A DNA stretch of 63,276 nt, the filler included, from Lenisia limosa (lineage: Eukaryota > Protista > Breviatea): NCBI GenBank assembly GCA_001655205.1. It is 16 parts of 16 records of this genome, joined end to end, with 100 filler letters (N's around TTAATTAATTAA, not from the genome) between each part and the next. Parts side by side here need not be neighbours in the genome. Positions count along the whole stretch, not along the records: positions 7,812 to 12,413 come from LPNZ01007505.1; positions 12,514 to 16,622 come from LPNZ01001658.1; positions 16,723 to 20,839 come from LPNZ01006619.1; positions 20,940 to 22,148 come from LPNZ01001171.1; positions 22,249 to 27,412 come from LPNZ01011327.1; 11 more parts are not named here. One strand, written 5' to 3'. This document shows, piece after piece, positions 11,551 to 23,724 of this stretch. Within the stretch, counting starts at the first letter, position 1. Each line of letters begins with the position of its first letter. The translations under genes and the position numbers were made by a program. Under the pieces are notes generated by a model. It searched no databases, was not told the DNA's origin, and saw only the letters and a program-made list of their open reading frames with translations.

Positions 11551-12529
11551 CATAGACAAAAACTCGAGAATTTAATGCGTTCACACATTTAGTTACCAAA
11601 AAGCCCTCCCCCCAAACCGGTTAAACTACTTAGATCTGGAAATACCCCCTCCTCCCATTACNNNNNNNNNNNNNNNNNNNNNNNNNNNNNNNNNNNNNNN
11701 NNNNNNNNNNNNNNNNNNNNNNNNNNNNNNNNNNNNNNNNNNNNNNNNNNNNNNNNNNNNNNNNNNNNNNNNNNNNNNNNNNNNNNNNNNNNNNNNNNNN
11801 NNNNNNNNNNNNNNNNNNNNCGGTGTCAAAATGCACGTTTTGGATGACCAGCGATGTGGCAGTAATGTTCAGCAGGGGGACCTAGGGGACGGAGGTGAAA
11901 AATGGACATTGCCCAACACACACACACACAAACTTTATTGACAAAACACTTCAGAGAGCAAAACCTAACCAGCCGACACAGTACTACATACGATATACGA
12001 TAAAATATACTGAATATACATGATATATATACATGTATATGTGGTCAAAACCGCGAACAAACCAAAAATCGACATAAATCGCTTCAATAACACCCTTTAT
12101 AGTGTGAAATTCGGCAGTTTTGAGCACTAGACTCTCAATAACATCAAAACAAAGCAATTTTGACCAAAAAAAAAGAAGAAAAAGAGAAGATAATAAAATC
12201 GAAAAAAAAGATATTTTGATCAGAATCGAACCCGGCCGGGGTAACCCAGTTTCCTTTACGCCAAATTTTTTTTTGAAACCGAATAATAGCATTTTGAGCA
12301 TAATAAAGTGCCCCACTATAGAAACGCAGATTTTTAAGGAGAATTCGAATCTGTTTTTGGAGAAAATGTAGGGGTTTTGAGATATTTGAATAAACTTTTG
12401 TAACGGTTTTTTCNNNNNNNNNNNNNNNNNNNNNNNNNNNNNNNNNNNNNNNNNNNNTTAATTAATTAANNNNNNNNNNNNNNNNNNNNNNNNNNNNNNN
12501 NNNNNNNNNNNNNCCCCCCCCCCCCCCAG

Positions 12530-14345
12530 ATACGTCCAGGGCATGTCCGACATTTTGGCTACCATTCTGCCTCTGTACCATGACGATTGCCACGCGTTCT
12601 GGGTGTTTTGTGGTGGGCTTTTCTGGGAATACAAAGAGTGTGGGGGTGCGGGGTCGCTGTTGTTATCCTGTTACTCACAATAGCTGTGTTTGGGTGTTAT
12701 TGAGCCATAGTCGTAATACTAATATATGAGTCGACATATATTATCGAGTGTACTTTTGATGCCTCCAAACCCGTTACACGATATAATCCCTCTTTACACA
12801 CAAAAACAATTGCAACACCCTATTCTCACCCGCCGCCACAGCAATCATTGACAGAGTGGAGCGCCATTTTGACGAGGACCAGAAAGGGATGTTTGACCAG
12901 CTCGAAAGAGTATCCGACATCATTCGTCTCACAAAGCCTGCTCTGCACCTCAAACTTGGTGGGAGTGAAGCGTATTCATTTTATTGTTTTTGCCAGGCGT
13001 GATGTTCAAAGAAGTATCATAAAGATTTTCTATGTTGAAGAGTGGTAATACTGGTGTATACAAGGTGGGGTGGGCACCCAGACACTACAGTGAGTAATCT
13101 TGTGACGGTGAAAATCACTGCATTTCTTGAAAACTCCTTCGATATTGTTCAGGTCTTGGTAACTCCTCGAAAACTTCATATTGTTCAGGTCTGTTTCTTC
13201 TGACCCCACTAGAGCGACTTGATAGCTCACACTACCTGTTTGTTTTCCGATGGGTGATCCTGCTGATGAAGAGGGAGCTGAGCACCTCTCAAACCAAGCG
13301 GCTATGGGATGTGGGGGAAGGGGGTATTGTCGCGATTCGTTTTACTTTTTTTATTGTTATTTGTTAAGTTCGCGATTTGTTTCCCTTTTTTGTTTCTTCT
13401 GTTCTCCATTTCACCCCCCCCCCCAGNNNNNNNNNNNNNNNNNNNNNNNNNNNNNNNNNNNNNNNNNNNNNNNNNNNNNNNNNNNNNNNNNNNNNNNNNN
13501 NNNNNNNNNNNNNNNNNNNNNNNNNNNNCGCAGCGGCCTTACACTACGCCGAGGAAGAAATCATGGTGGGGAACAGGTGTAATTAGAAGGGGAACAAGTT
13601 AATCGAATGTCAATTACTCACCCTCCACTTACACTTCCCTCGCTTACTTCCTTCCTGGGGTATTGGTAAGGCTTCACTTTGGTTCGAACAAACTCGGCAA
13701 AATATCGATAGTTTTTGAGGATTTATCGAGATATTCAGTCTTTTTTCGAACCGAAGCCCAATATTTTGTTGATTAGATGAGGGGCTAAGGAGAGGGGTAT
13801 ATGATCACACTGTGTAAAGTTGTCTCCCCTTCCACATTTCTACTCACACCCCCTGTTACTCATATACCGTGCAGAAGCGACTGGCCTGGCTTTGTTTGTT
13901 TTGGTGTTTCAACCTTTGTATGTTGTAGTCAACAAACAGAGTTGATTTGGACTTTGTTTGTTTTATAAATTTCCAAAATTACTCCCATCCCTCCAATGCT
14001 GATCCCCCTCAGAAGTCCAAGGCATTTGACGAGGTTCTTCGCTGTGTCAACGGTTGGAGAAGGGGATGGGACAGGAGGATATTGTTTTGATGAAGTGAAA
14101 GAAAAAAGGGTAAGTTTGAACATTATTCCGCTATGTTTCTTACATCCTTGGAAGACCTTTTGGTCTTGACTATTTTGAATAACCCTTCTTGTAAACATTA
14201 CTTATTCACCTCCTAACGTTCCTCACCTTCTAACGTTCCTCACCTCCAAGATGTGTCTGAGAACTTCGATTTAGACCACATTCTGAGACTGAGTCAGGTC
14301 CTATACCATAGTGTTTGGGGGGAGGAGTCAGGTCCTATACCATAG
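12530..14345 (+). CDS. Rab GTPase-activating protein, TBC domain (TBC1D15/17, Gyp7-like), 3' part
   Basis: YVQGMSDILATILPLYHDDCHAFWVF; RVERHFDEDQKGMFDQLERVSDIIRL; YLFVFRWVILLMKRELSTSQTKRLWD; AAALHYAEEEIM-KSKAFDEVLRCVN-DVSENFDLDHILRLSQVLY match the TBC C-terminal motifs. Confidence 0.92.
13667..13760. mobile_element. hAT-type MITE family A in a TBC intron
   Basis: AAGGCTTCACTTTGGTTCG...CGAACCGAAGCCC. Confidence 0.8.
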
Positions 14346-14506
14346 TGTTTGGGGGGAGGACTGAGGTCTTATACCATACTGTTGGCCCCTAGTCCTATAT
14401 TGTTCGCTAGTCCTATATTGTAGTCCTATACTGTTGGCCGCTTGTCCTATACTGTTGGCCCCTAGTCCTATACTGTTGGCCGCTAGTCCTATACTGTTGG
14501 CCCCTA
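14291..14506 (+). repeat. Minisatellite grading from a 34-bp coding-derived unit into 21-bp TAGTCCTATACTGTTGGCC(C/G)C units
   Basis: 34-mer at 14291-14324 and 14325-14358, a hybrid unit, then about five 21-mers. Confidence 0.9.
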
Positions 14507-15242
14507 GTTAATAGCATAAATCATTGCTTCAATGACGTTGCATTTTGACCGTGAACAGGTGCCGCCACGTAATACTATGTGAGAATATTGCCTGTCACTG
14601 AATAGGTTCGCCAATTGGCCGAGGAGGGTGACCCTTCTTATGCGATTTTCCAAGCAACCAAGCCCCTCTCGTCCCTGGTTGGTACTAATCAAATTGGATA
14701 CACTTATCAGGGGCCTATTGGACGTTTGCCTTGTACCAAGGCAAAGTTTCTCGATAAACCCTCGATAAACCGATTTTACCGGTCTTTTTGGACCGTGGTG
14801 ATGCCTTATTTTGAGTGATGTTTCAGGACGTTTCCAAGTATGTTGTTGACGACTCTGAAAACGTGTGTAAATCCATGCCAACTTGCTAGGAAACTTGCTA
14901 GGTAATGGGGGGCTTCAGCCACAATACCATGAGTGGACCATGTTTCTTGGATTGGATTCTGAAATTCATTGACTTTTTAGCTTCACGCTATATTTTCTAT
15001 GTTATTTAATGGTGAATGTATGGAAATGATTTCCGAAGGAGAGAGTCAAGGTGATATATTAAGGTACATACGACAATTATCTGGCCGAAAATCCAAACCA
15101 TTGAAAGATAATCGGTTTTGGTAACACAAGTCGATAATAGGATAGGACATAATGTATTTATTCAAACTATAATACAAGAAAAGACAACATCACACATAGA
15201 CACAATAGACGAAAGAAACCATTTACCATCAGCAATAAGGGT

Positions 15243-16411
15243 CTAGGAAGCCTGTTGGGGAGGCTGCGGGGGCTGCGGATACATCATAGGATGAAACTAC
15301 GAAGTCAGCCCTTGATTGGGTCTCAAGATTGAGCAAGACTAATATGAAAACAGATTCCGATGTTACGCTTCGTGCCCCCTCCTCACACATTTTATCCGAA
15401 ATGTGTTAAGTCTTAATCTAGATCTTCAGAAAAGTCGGCAAGACTTGCTACGTGTGTACATAATAGTCTTTTCCACCCCCTCCAGAACACTGTATTATAT
15501 GGGGAGAGAGAAAGAACAAGTAGAAGAAGCAAGAGAGATTTGATGAAGGAAACAGCATGAGAGATTTGAAGGAAACAGCGAAAGAGATTTGATGACGAAG
15601 GAAACACAGATGAGAGTCCTAATATACTAAGTAGGAAGGAGAGAGAAAGGAGAAGAGAGGAATGAAGAAGACAGAAAGACAAGGAAGAAGAATAAGAATA
15701 AGAAGAAGATGAAGAGAGAGAGAGAGAGAGAGCTAAGGAAGAAAGAAGTAGAAGAAGAGAGAGACAAGGAAGAAGATGAAGAGAGAGAGAGAGAGCTACG
15801 GAAGAAAGAGATTCTAGCTCACAAACCTGGGGAGTGAACTGGCCCATCATGCCACTATAGTTGGGAGGGTACTGCATTGGGGAGAACGGGTAGTGCTGGG
15901 GGAAGACGTATTGCTGGGCCTGGATTCGGTAAATACATAATAGGACTAGTATATCAGATTCAGTTTTCGAGGAAATCCTGACATAATACGAGAATGGTTG
16001 ATAATCTAATTAAAATGGACTGAAGTGGAGTCTGGTTACAAAATGTTGATGGCCCTTTGCTCTCACCATTGACGAGTAGTCTTGTTGCATTTGTTGCATT
16101 TGCTGCATCTGAGCCTGCTGCTCCGTTGTGGGTGAAGGGCTCGGAAGGGGAATGTTGGCGGCGAATTCGGGGGGATGCTGTTGGGGCTCGGGTTTATCAG
16201 GTTCTTCGGATGCTGACGTGGCATCTTTGGTACTTCCCTTATGCGGCAGACTTTCCATATTTGGGTGTTGTTGGAAGAGCATTTGGGGCTGCATGGAGAT
16301 CTGTTGTCCCTGGGAGACCTGGGTGTTTTGGGGGAACTGGCTGAGCGGTTGGCCTTGGGCAATTTGGGGGTTGTTCATGGGGGTCTGGGGAGTGGGAAAA
16401 TAATTGGACAA
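15243..16411 (-). CDS. Pro/Gln-rich low-complexity protein, 3' part
   Basis: Exons ...QQAQMQQMQQMQQDYSSM / AQQYVFPQHYPFSPMQYPPNYSGMMGQFTPQ / FHPMMYPQPPQPPQQAS* with GT-AG joins. Confidence 0.75.
15500..15812. repeat. GA-rich compound microsatellite inside an intron
   Basis: Purine-rich tract with GAGAGA runs and repeated GAAACAGC..AGAGATTTGA units. Confidence 0.85.
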
Positions 16412-16722
16412 AGCAGCAAGTTTTCATAATACATAGCAATGAGAAATAAAAAATAAGGTTATAACTGGCCGAAGCTGTCCACACCATAACGCTTTTAAGA
16501 GATATTGGGTGATAAGGAGAACAGATTGTAAGTCGTTCAATAGTAGGCCTATCCAAAACAATACCGATATATTAACAATGGTGTATACTTGCCTGACCCC
16601 TCCCATTCCTGCATTCACCCCCNNNNNNNNNNNNNNNNNNNNNNNNNNNNNNNNNNNNNNNNNNNNTTAATTAATTAANNNNNNNNNNNNNNNNNNNNNN
16701 NNNNNNNNNNNNNNNNNNNNNN

Positions 16723-19700
16723 CAGCCTGGCACCAACAGCCTCGCTCAGTCCCCTCTTGCAGCCACTTGACAGTAGCACCCGGCCAATAACCCTCGTGTC
16801 CTCTAGTGACGAGCTCCTGAAGCTCCCCTTTGAGGCTGCTTTTGGTATGCCTTAGTTTCAATAGAGACTTTACTTCAAACAACATCCAGTAGTTGTATAT
16901 CCCATATTACATATGATATGCATTTCTCCTCCCCTTTGAGGCTGCTTTTGGCATGCTTATCCTTTTTATTTCAGAAAATATATTGAATTAATAGGGAAAC
17001 ATAAGAATATGTAGGGATACCATAAAGAAATCACCATAAATGCGCCTATCCATATCCAGTAGCTTTGTATCCCGTTCCTTTGATGATGTAGTATGTACTA
17101 TTAGTTTATCATATGAATATATCCTCCCTTTGATACTGCTTTTTGTATGTCTATCCAGTAGTTTTATATTCCATCGCTAAGATGATGTACATGTATGTAC
17201 ATATGTACATAACTGTATATGTATGATGTAGTGTATATATAATTTTGTAAAACATAATAATATATGTATGTTCTCCTTTGATGCTTTATGTGTGGCAATA
17301 CTCATTTCTACATCATATATACCGGTACTGATGATATTTTTACCCCACAGAGCCTCTAGAGTCTACCCCTACAAGCTCAACGTTTCGGCTAATTGCCGAT
17401 AATTCAACTTTCTTGGCTTTGACTAGGGTGGTCGTCATCGATGATGGTGATACTATTGTAGGGGGGGGGGGNNNNNNNNNNNNNNNNNNNNNNNNNNNNN
17501 NNNNNNNNNNNNNNNNNNNNNNNNNNNNNNNNNNNNNNNNNNNNNNNNNNNNNNNNNNNNNNNNNNNNNNNNNNNNTTTCGATAAATCCTCGATAAATAT
17601 CGATATTTTTTCAGTCTTTTTGTGAACGGAGTGAAGCCATATGGACCATATATGAAATACGAAAAAATCCCGAATCTCAGTTGGCAAGTGATTGGGAAGT
17701 AGGGGGGAGGGGGTCATAATCAATGGTGCTTTGTATTATTTTTTTGTTTCACACAATTATTTCATCTTGCTGTTATTGCTTGTTTTTTTTTTGTTTGGAG
17801 TTTCAGATTATTCAGTTCGTGATCAGTTCCTTTACGCCAATATTCTTCATCGAAATATTCTTCTTTCACCCCCACCCCCAGGTTCCACACAGTATCACTG
17901 AAGACGCGCTCACCGTCACAGCTCTTCCAGAAAATTCGGCGACAAGCCTCGTCGTGAGCCTCAGCATTCATGGAATCCAACTGGGCATTCGCGTCAGCGC
18001 CAATACATGCCACCCCACTTGCCCGCAATGTCAAAATATCCCGAGTTGGGGGGGGGGGGGGNNNNNNNNNNNNNNNNNNNNNNNNNNNNNNNNNNNNNNN
18101 NNNNNNNNNNNNNNNNNNNNNNNNNNNNNNNNNNNNNNNNNNNNNNNNNNNNNNNNNNNNNNNNNNNNNNNNNAATCACTAAATTTATAAATGACAGTTT
18201 TCTCGAGGATTTATCGAGAAATTCAGTCTTTTGTTTGAACAGAAGTGAAGCCCTACATATGAACAATCTAGACGGTGTGTGCACGTGCCCTCTTAACAGA
18301 TTCCGAGACACACCCCAGTCCTGTACCCTCTGTTCGTCGTTATCGCGCCTTAGTGGCGATGGAGTCACGTGCGGCCCTTGCTATGACTCCGCTTATAGCG
18401 AGGGTGGGTGCGGGGGGGCATATTATATGAAATAGCATGAGTAGTGGGATAGGTGGGAGAATAATTTGTTTTTGGACAAGAGAAATAATATATGTACATT
18501 AAAAATCTTGGGAAACAAATAAATACATAGGGACACCATCAACAAATTACAATACCTCCGCGCTTCATAAATTTTCCAGTTTTACCCTCATCCCCNNNNN
18601 NNNNNNNNNNNNNNNNNNNNNNNNNNNNNNNNNNNNNNNNNNNNNNNNNNNNNNNNNNNNNNNNNNNNNNNNNNNNNNNNNNNNNNNNNNNNNNNNNNNN
18701 NNNNNNNNNNNNNNNNNNNNNGGGAAACGCGGCCGGGAATAATTGCGGAACCTGTTTGACCACGCATTATGGGAGTAGTGGTGAGGGGTGAGGTAGGAGT
18801 TTTGTTCCGAGTTCTACTTCGACAAAAAAAATTTGGCATGTGACGTTTGTGATACCACCTTTAGCCCAACGTGCTTTCACCGGTTTTTCAACCTCAATAG
18901 AGTATACGAAGTACATATTGGTGCACCTGTAATATATTTGTTGTGCTTTATGTCGTTGGGGTTCATTTTACGCAGAGTATCTTTCATGTCCATGCCAAAT
19001 GATAAAGGGTGGTCGCTTGAAATGTTCTTTGAGCTCAAACACACTCCACCACAATTTTTTTGGAGTTCCTTTCGAATAAAACCTGCATACATTGAAGATT
19101 TGTTGCTTGAAGCATGATAAAGTATTCGCACTAGGCAGCTTCTTCCGAGGTGTCTGTGAGACTACCATTCCTTCGGAGTTGACTACTCCCCAAACCTTGA
19201 GCTCTAAAAGTATTAACAATTGACAGTAAAAAGTAGACTGTCAACCAGTTTGCATCATAAATGAACTCTAAGACCAAACCAAGTACAAAAGCTCCTGCTA
19301 GTGGTTACATTTTCCCCATTTTCACCTCCTCATCCTTGCTTTTTTTTATTATTTTTTTTGTGTATGTGTGTGTGTGATTTTGTAATCCGGTTTGTTGTCC
19401 TGTTTTAACGTCTGTTGCTCATGTTTGCTTTTGTGTCTGCTCTTATTTCATAAACGCTCAATCCCCCCCCAGATCCCACCACTCTCTGCAGTCTGTGCAG
19501 TAACCTCAAACGAGGGTCCGCGACTGGTAACAGCTGTGGCGGGTGCCTATCAGGGTCGTACCATACGTCCGCGTCGTCTGCAGGGTCGACTTCTTGCGGC
19601 AGTGGGGGAGGAGTTTGTATAGAATGTTTGGAGCATGGGGTGTTATAAGATCATATACTATAGGGCTTCCCAACGGTCGGAAAATGACCGTTAAAATATC

Positions 19701-20589
19701 GATAGTTATCGAAGATTTTTCGAGAAATTCAGTCTTTTTGGGGATCATAGGGAATCCCTAATCAAATATGATGTATGAGTGGAGGGGGGGGNNNNNNNNN
19801 NATCTTTATCTTGACCGATCGTGTCAGGACTATGTACGCTAGTTTCACTTAGGTTCAAAAAAGACTGAGTTTCTCGATAAATCCTCGATAAATATCGATA
19901 TTTTCACGGTCTTTTTCGGACCGTAGGGAAGCCCCCATAAATGAGTATCCACTACTACAAAGGAATCCATACATCAAATCAACAGCACCGTCCTTTTTTT
20001 GACCTAGTAGCCTGCAAGGTGTGTTCGGAAACATTCAGTGCCTGCACGGCTTCGAAAAATACNNNNNNNNNNNNNNNNNNNNNNNNNNNNNNNNNNNNNN
20101 NNNNNNNNNNNNNNNNNNNNNNNNNNNNNNNNNNNNNNNNNNNNNNNNNNNNNNNNNNNNNNNNNNNNNNNNNNNNNNNNNNNNNNNNNNNNNNNNNNNN
20201 NNNNNNNNNNNNNNNNNNNNNNNNNNNNNNTGGCTTCTTTTTAGTGTTTGTCGTTAAAATATAGGGGTAGCATAAATACCATAAAGTCTTGACTTATTTT
20301 CTTGGCAAATCACATGGCAAATCGCGCAAGACTTATATGATGTATTATAATATTCAAACCCTTTAGACGCATAGTATATTATAGTATATGATATGTACAT
20401 GTACCCCCATACTCTGATTCTTTAGACGCTTTTATTTTTCATCTTTACATAGTGATATGTATAGTATATGATATGTATTCCCGATATTCTGACTATTGAG
20501 ACTGCGATAGCAACTACAAGGTCTCCTCGACAGTCTGCAACAACGCATTCGAGACTCAACTCAGAGGGGCCTTCTCCAACGACCCGACA
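16723..20589 (+). CDS. Cys-rich repeat protein, probably cell-surface; multi-exon, partial
   Basis: Exons CHPTCPQC; CTCPLNRFRDTPQSCTLCSSLSRLSGDGVTCGPCYDSAYSEGGCG; DPTTLCSLCSNLKRGSATGNSCGGCLSGSYHT; CDVCDTTFSPTC; ACKVCSETFSACTAS (CxxC repeats). Confidence 0.75.
17789..17881 (+). repeat. Family E: repeat anchored at intron 3' ends
   Basis: Ends at ...TTCACCCCCACCCCCAG directly before exon VPHSITEDALTV. Confidence 0.8.
19661..19760. mobile_element. hAT-type MITE family A
   Basis: TAGGGCTTCCC...GGGAATCCCTA; TSD not matched. Confidence 0.85.
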
Positions 20590-20651
20590 GTAGGGATATG
20601 GGGGATCTGAGCGCAGGGGAGGGGGGGTGGATTGCGTATACTATAGATAAT

Positions 20652-20749
20652 TAGGGCACTTCGGTTCGCAAAAAGCCTGAATTTCTCGAAAAATCCTCGA
20701 AAACTATTGATGTTTTACCTTGTCTTTTTCGAACCGAATTGAAGCCCTA
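20652..20749. mobile_element. hAT-type MITE family A
   Basis: TAGGGCACTTCGGTTCG...CGAACCGAATTGAAGCCCTA. Confidence 0.85.
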
Positions 20750-21008
20750 AGTATAATGTGTTGTGTGGGTATGACTGGAATTGCCTATCGTCCAATCCAC
20801 TAGCCCATCTCCATCACTTTGACTTTTCAATTTTTACAANNNNNNNNNNNNNNNNNNNNNNNNNNNNNNNNNNNNNNNNNNNNTTAATTAATTAANNNNN
20901 NNNNNNNNNNNNNNNNNNNNNNNNNNNNNNNNNNNNNNNCATAAATTTTTCAATTTATCCCCTCACTGGAGTAGCAAACCACGACATTCAGCACCCCTCC
21001 CGTTACAG

Positions 21009-21910
21009 CATCCCCAATGCCCGATTTCTTCAGCCCTTCACCTGCCCATTCTTCGCCTCAGGTATTGTTTTATTTCGAAGGTTTCAGTCAGCACATGTCA
21101 TTATGTTGCATGGAATGCCTCCACCTTCTTGTAATTTCAACAGCCCACAGCCCACCCTCTTCTTCCTGCATTCTCCGGTCCTACTTTTACCCCGTCCCCC
21201 CAGGTATTCTTTAACATATAGTATATCATATGTTATGATATACCATACGCTATATAAATGATGTATATAATCTGGTGTGGACGGCTTGGGCCAGATACAA
21301 CCGTTTTTTGTTTCTCATACTGGAAACCATATGATAGAATGAATTTTAATGTCCATTCGGTTTGAACTGGTTTTAGATGTTGATTTTTTTATTCTTCCTT
21401 CACCCTATAGCCCAGCTATTCGCCCGCCCTTTCAGACCCATTAGCAGGCCTTTTCATCCAGGTTCGTAACTGGGAATATAGCAGAACTGCTACCGTCATT
21501 TAGATTTATGGTCCTATCATCAAATGCATCACCCAATTCTCATTTCTTAATTTCATGCTTGGAACTGAAACCTGACATCATCATCTTGGCGTTTCTCATT
21601 TCCTTCCAGCAACCCACTACCGCCACGCCCTCACCCCCAATGAACCCTGCCGCACCCCAAACTGACATCTTCCCCTTCCTGGCACCCTCGCCACCAGCCC
21701 AGGCTCAATCTCCGCAGGTTATGAAGACTACTGGTAGGGGGGTCCTCAGCCCTGGGTTTTTTTTTCTCTTTTCTTTTTTCTCTTCTTTTTTCTCTTTTTT
21801 TTTTCATTTGGTCTTTTTTTTTTCACTCTACGCACTAACCCAATTTAGCCTCACCTCCCTCGCAACCCTCCGACAACCACTGTGGCTATGGTGGCCCCAA
21901 CTATAACGTC
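21009..21910 (+). CDS. Pro/Ser/Gln-rich hypothetical protein fragment
   Basis: Exons ASPMPDFFSPSPAHSSPQ and QPTTATPSPPMNPAAPQTDIFPFLAPSPPAQAQSPQ bounded by AG/GT. Confidence 0.55.
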
Positions 21911-22248
21911 TCGTTTGTCATGTAGATTAACCGGTTTTGATATACTATAGCCAGTACTGTATTTAGATGGGATTATATAAGGGAATGATGGGTAGTCCAT
22001 TCCACACAGTTGTTGATATTGGGGAAAATACGACGTTTTTTGTGCCAACTGGAGAGCCGTAGATGATGGTCAGAGTGTGTCCGGGTCCATCTTATTAGTG
22101 ACTCTTTAGACACAGCAATGATAACACTAGAACAAAGCTTATCGCAACNNNNNNNNNNNNNNNNNNNNNNNNNNNNNNNNNNNNNNNNNNNNTTAATTAA
22201 TTAANNNNNNNNNNNNNNNNNNNNNNNNNNNNNNNNNNNNNNNNNNNN

Positions 22249-22965
22249 GCTGACGAATGGCTGTCTCCTTCACGTCAGCAGTGTCACATACAATCTAAAA
22301 AAATGTGAGAATTTTAAAAGATAATCTGTCTCATCGATAATTGCAATACCTACACACCTTCCCTGGTGCTAAAATAGCAATTCTGTGGTTTGCTNNNNNN
22401 NNNNCAAACCAACCTCTCTTTATAGCAGTCAGATGGTATAGAATAGCTCCCTGCGAGGTGTCACTGATTAATGGCTGTCTCCTTCACGTCAGCGGTGTCA
22501 CATACAATCTTAAAAAAATGTGAGAATTTTAAAAGAAAATCTGTCTCAGCGATGATTGCAATACTTACACACCTTCCCTGGTGCTAAAATAGCAACTCTG
22601 TGGTTTGCTGGAATGTGCAGGGAAAAAAGTGGTCTTGAGACGTTCTCCACAATTGCTCCTTGGTTAACAGCAAGCTGCGTGGCGAGAACAATAGCGTCGG
22701 CCATATCACTACCCGCATCATCGAATGCTGTAGCTGCTTGGCTGAGCTCCCTAATCCGTGAAAGTGTCGATGGGAACTTCACGGAGGTAGCAGCTAGCAT
22801 TGNNNNNNNNNNCACTCCGGACTTGGGGTGTTCTCGGGCACAAAGGACACTGATTGGCAAGGGCTTGCTCATACTCAATGCAACCTTCAGGCTTAGCCAT
22901 GTTGATGGTGGTGAGAGCCTGGGCCTTCTCGAGAGCAGTTGGCTTGCAAGTCGTTCGAGGGAATG
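22249..22965 (-). CDS. Hypothetical protein containing an internal tandem duplication
   Basis: ALEKAQALTTINMAKPEGCIEYEQALANQCPLC...MLAATSVKFPSTLSRIRELSQAATAFDDAG...HIPANHRVAILAPGK|gt; 22249-22394 repeats 22460-22609. Confidence 0.5.
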
Positions 22966-23724
22966 CTGGAGTGCGGGGGTAGAGGTTGGGGCAGTTGAAA
23001 GGGCAGTGAGTGTTGGTGAAGGGGAATAGTGCATGGAGGTACTGGGTGGTAGGAGCAGGGTAACCTTGGGATGGTGGGGGGCGGAAGACAGAACCTTTGA
23101 GGTAGAGGGAGAGTGGGATTTGAAATGGGTTATACCCAGAGATTTCGTAACCACAAGACTTCTGGGAGGCACTATAACGTTAATTTGCTCATATTTTTGA
23201 GGAGGGGGGATGGGGTATTGGGGAACAGTGAGAGTGCGTCAATGAAGTTACGGATACAATTATGCAAGAATATCTATAGCCCTACCGAATAACTGCTGTG
23301 CTTGGACTGCTCATAGCTTTTGCAACTTCCTCCTTCTTGATGGACCTAATATGGATAAAAAATGTCAAACTAACATCACTATTCAAGAAATATAGAAACA
23401 TCCAACAAAAAACAACTCATCCCGCTCACTTTCCGGAACTGGCCTCCTTCCAGGTAGCTATTTGTCTGTATACTGATTGGTTTACTTTGGCGTGGTTGTG
23501 TGAATCGGCGACCTGAAGGCAGTCAGATATTGTGAAATGGTTACAGCATATTTTTCAAGACAAACCTGAAAAAAATGACTGGTGAATGACGGCTTCTGAA
23601 AAGTAAAATATGAGAATAAGGTATATTTCACAAAAGCTTTTACCCTACCTCTAATGTTGCGTGTATTCTGGCACCATCTCCGATCATGATCAAGCATGGC
23701 ACGATGAGCGTTTGTTTCGGCACA

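Noticed and set aside
13263-13294. Hammerhead-like CTGATGA-AGAGG...CCTCT-CAAAC
   Set aside because: Has CAAA instead of the required GAAA and lies within the conserved TBC exon (LLMKRELSTSQ).
15413-15877. Long L/S-rich ORF, likewise 50..280 and the N-spanning ORFs
   Set aside because: Produced by GA/CT microsatellites or by Ns suppressing stop codons.
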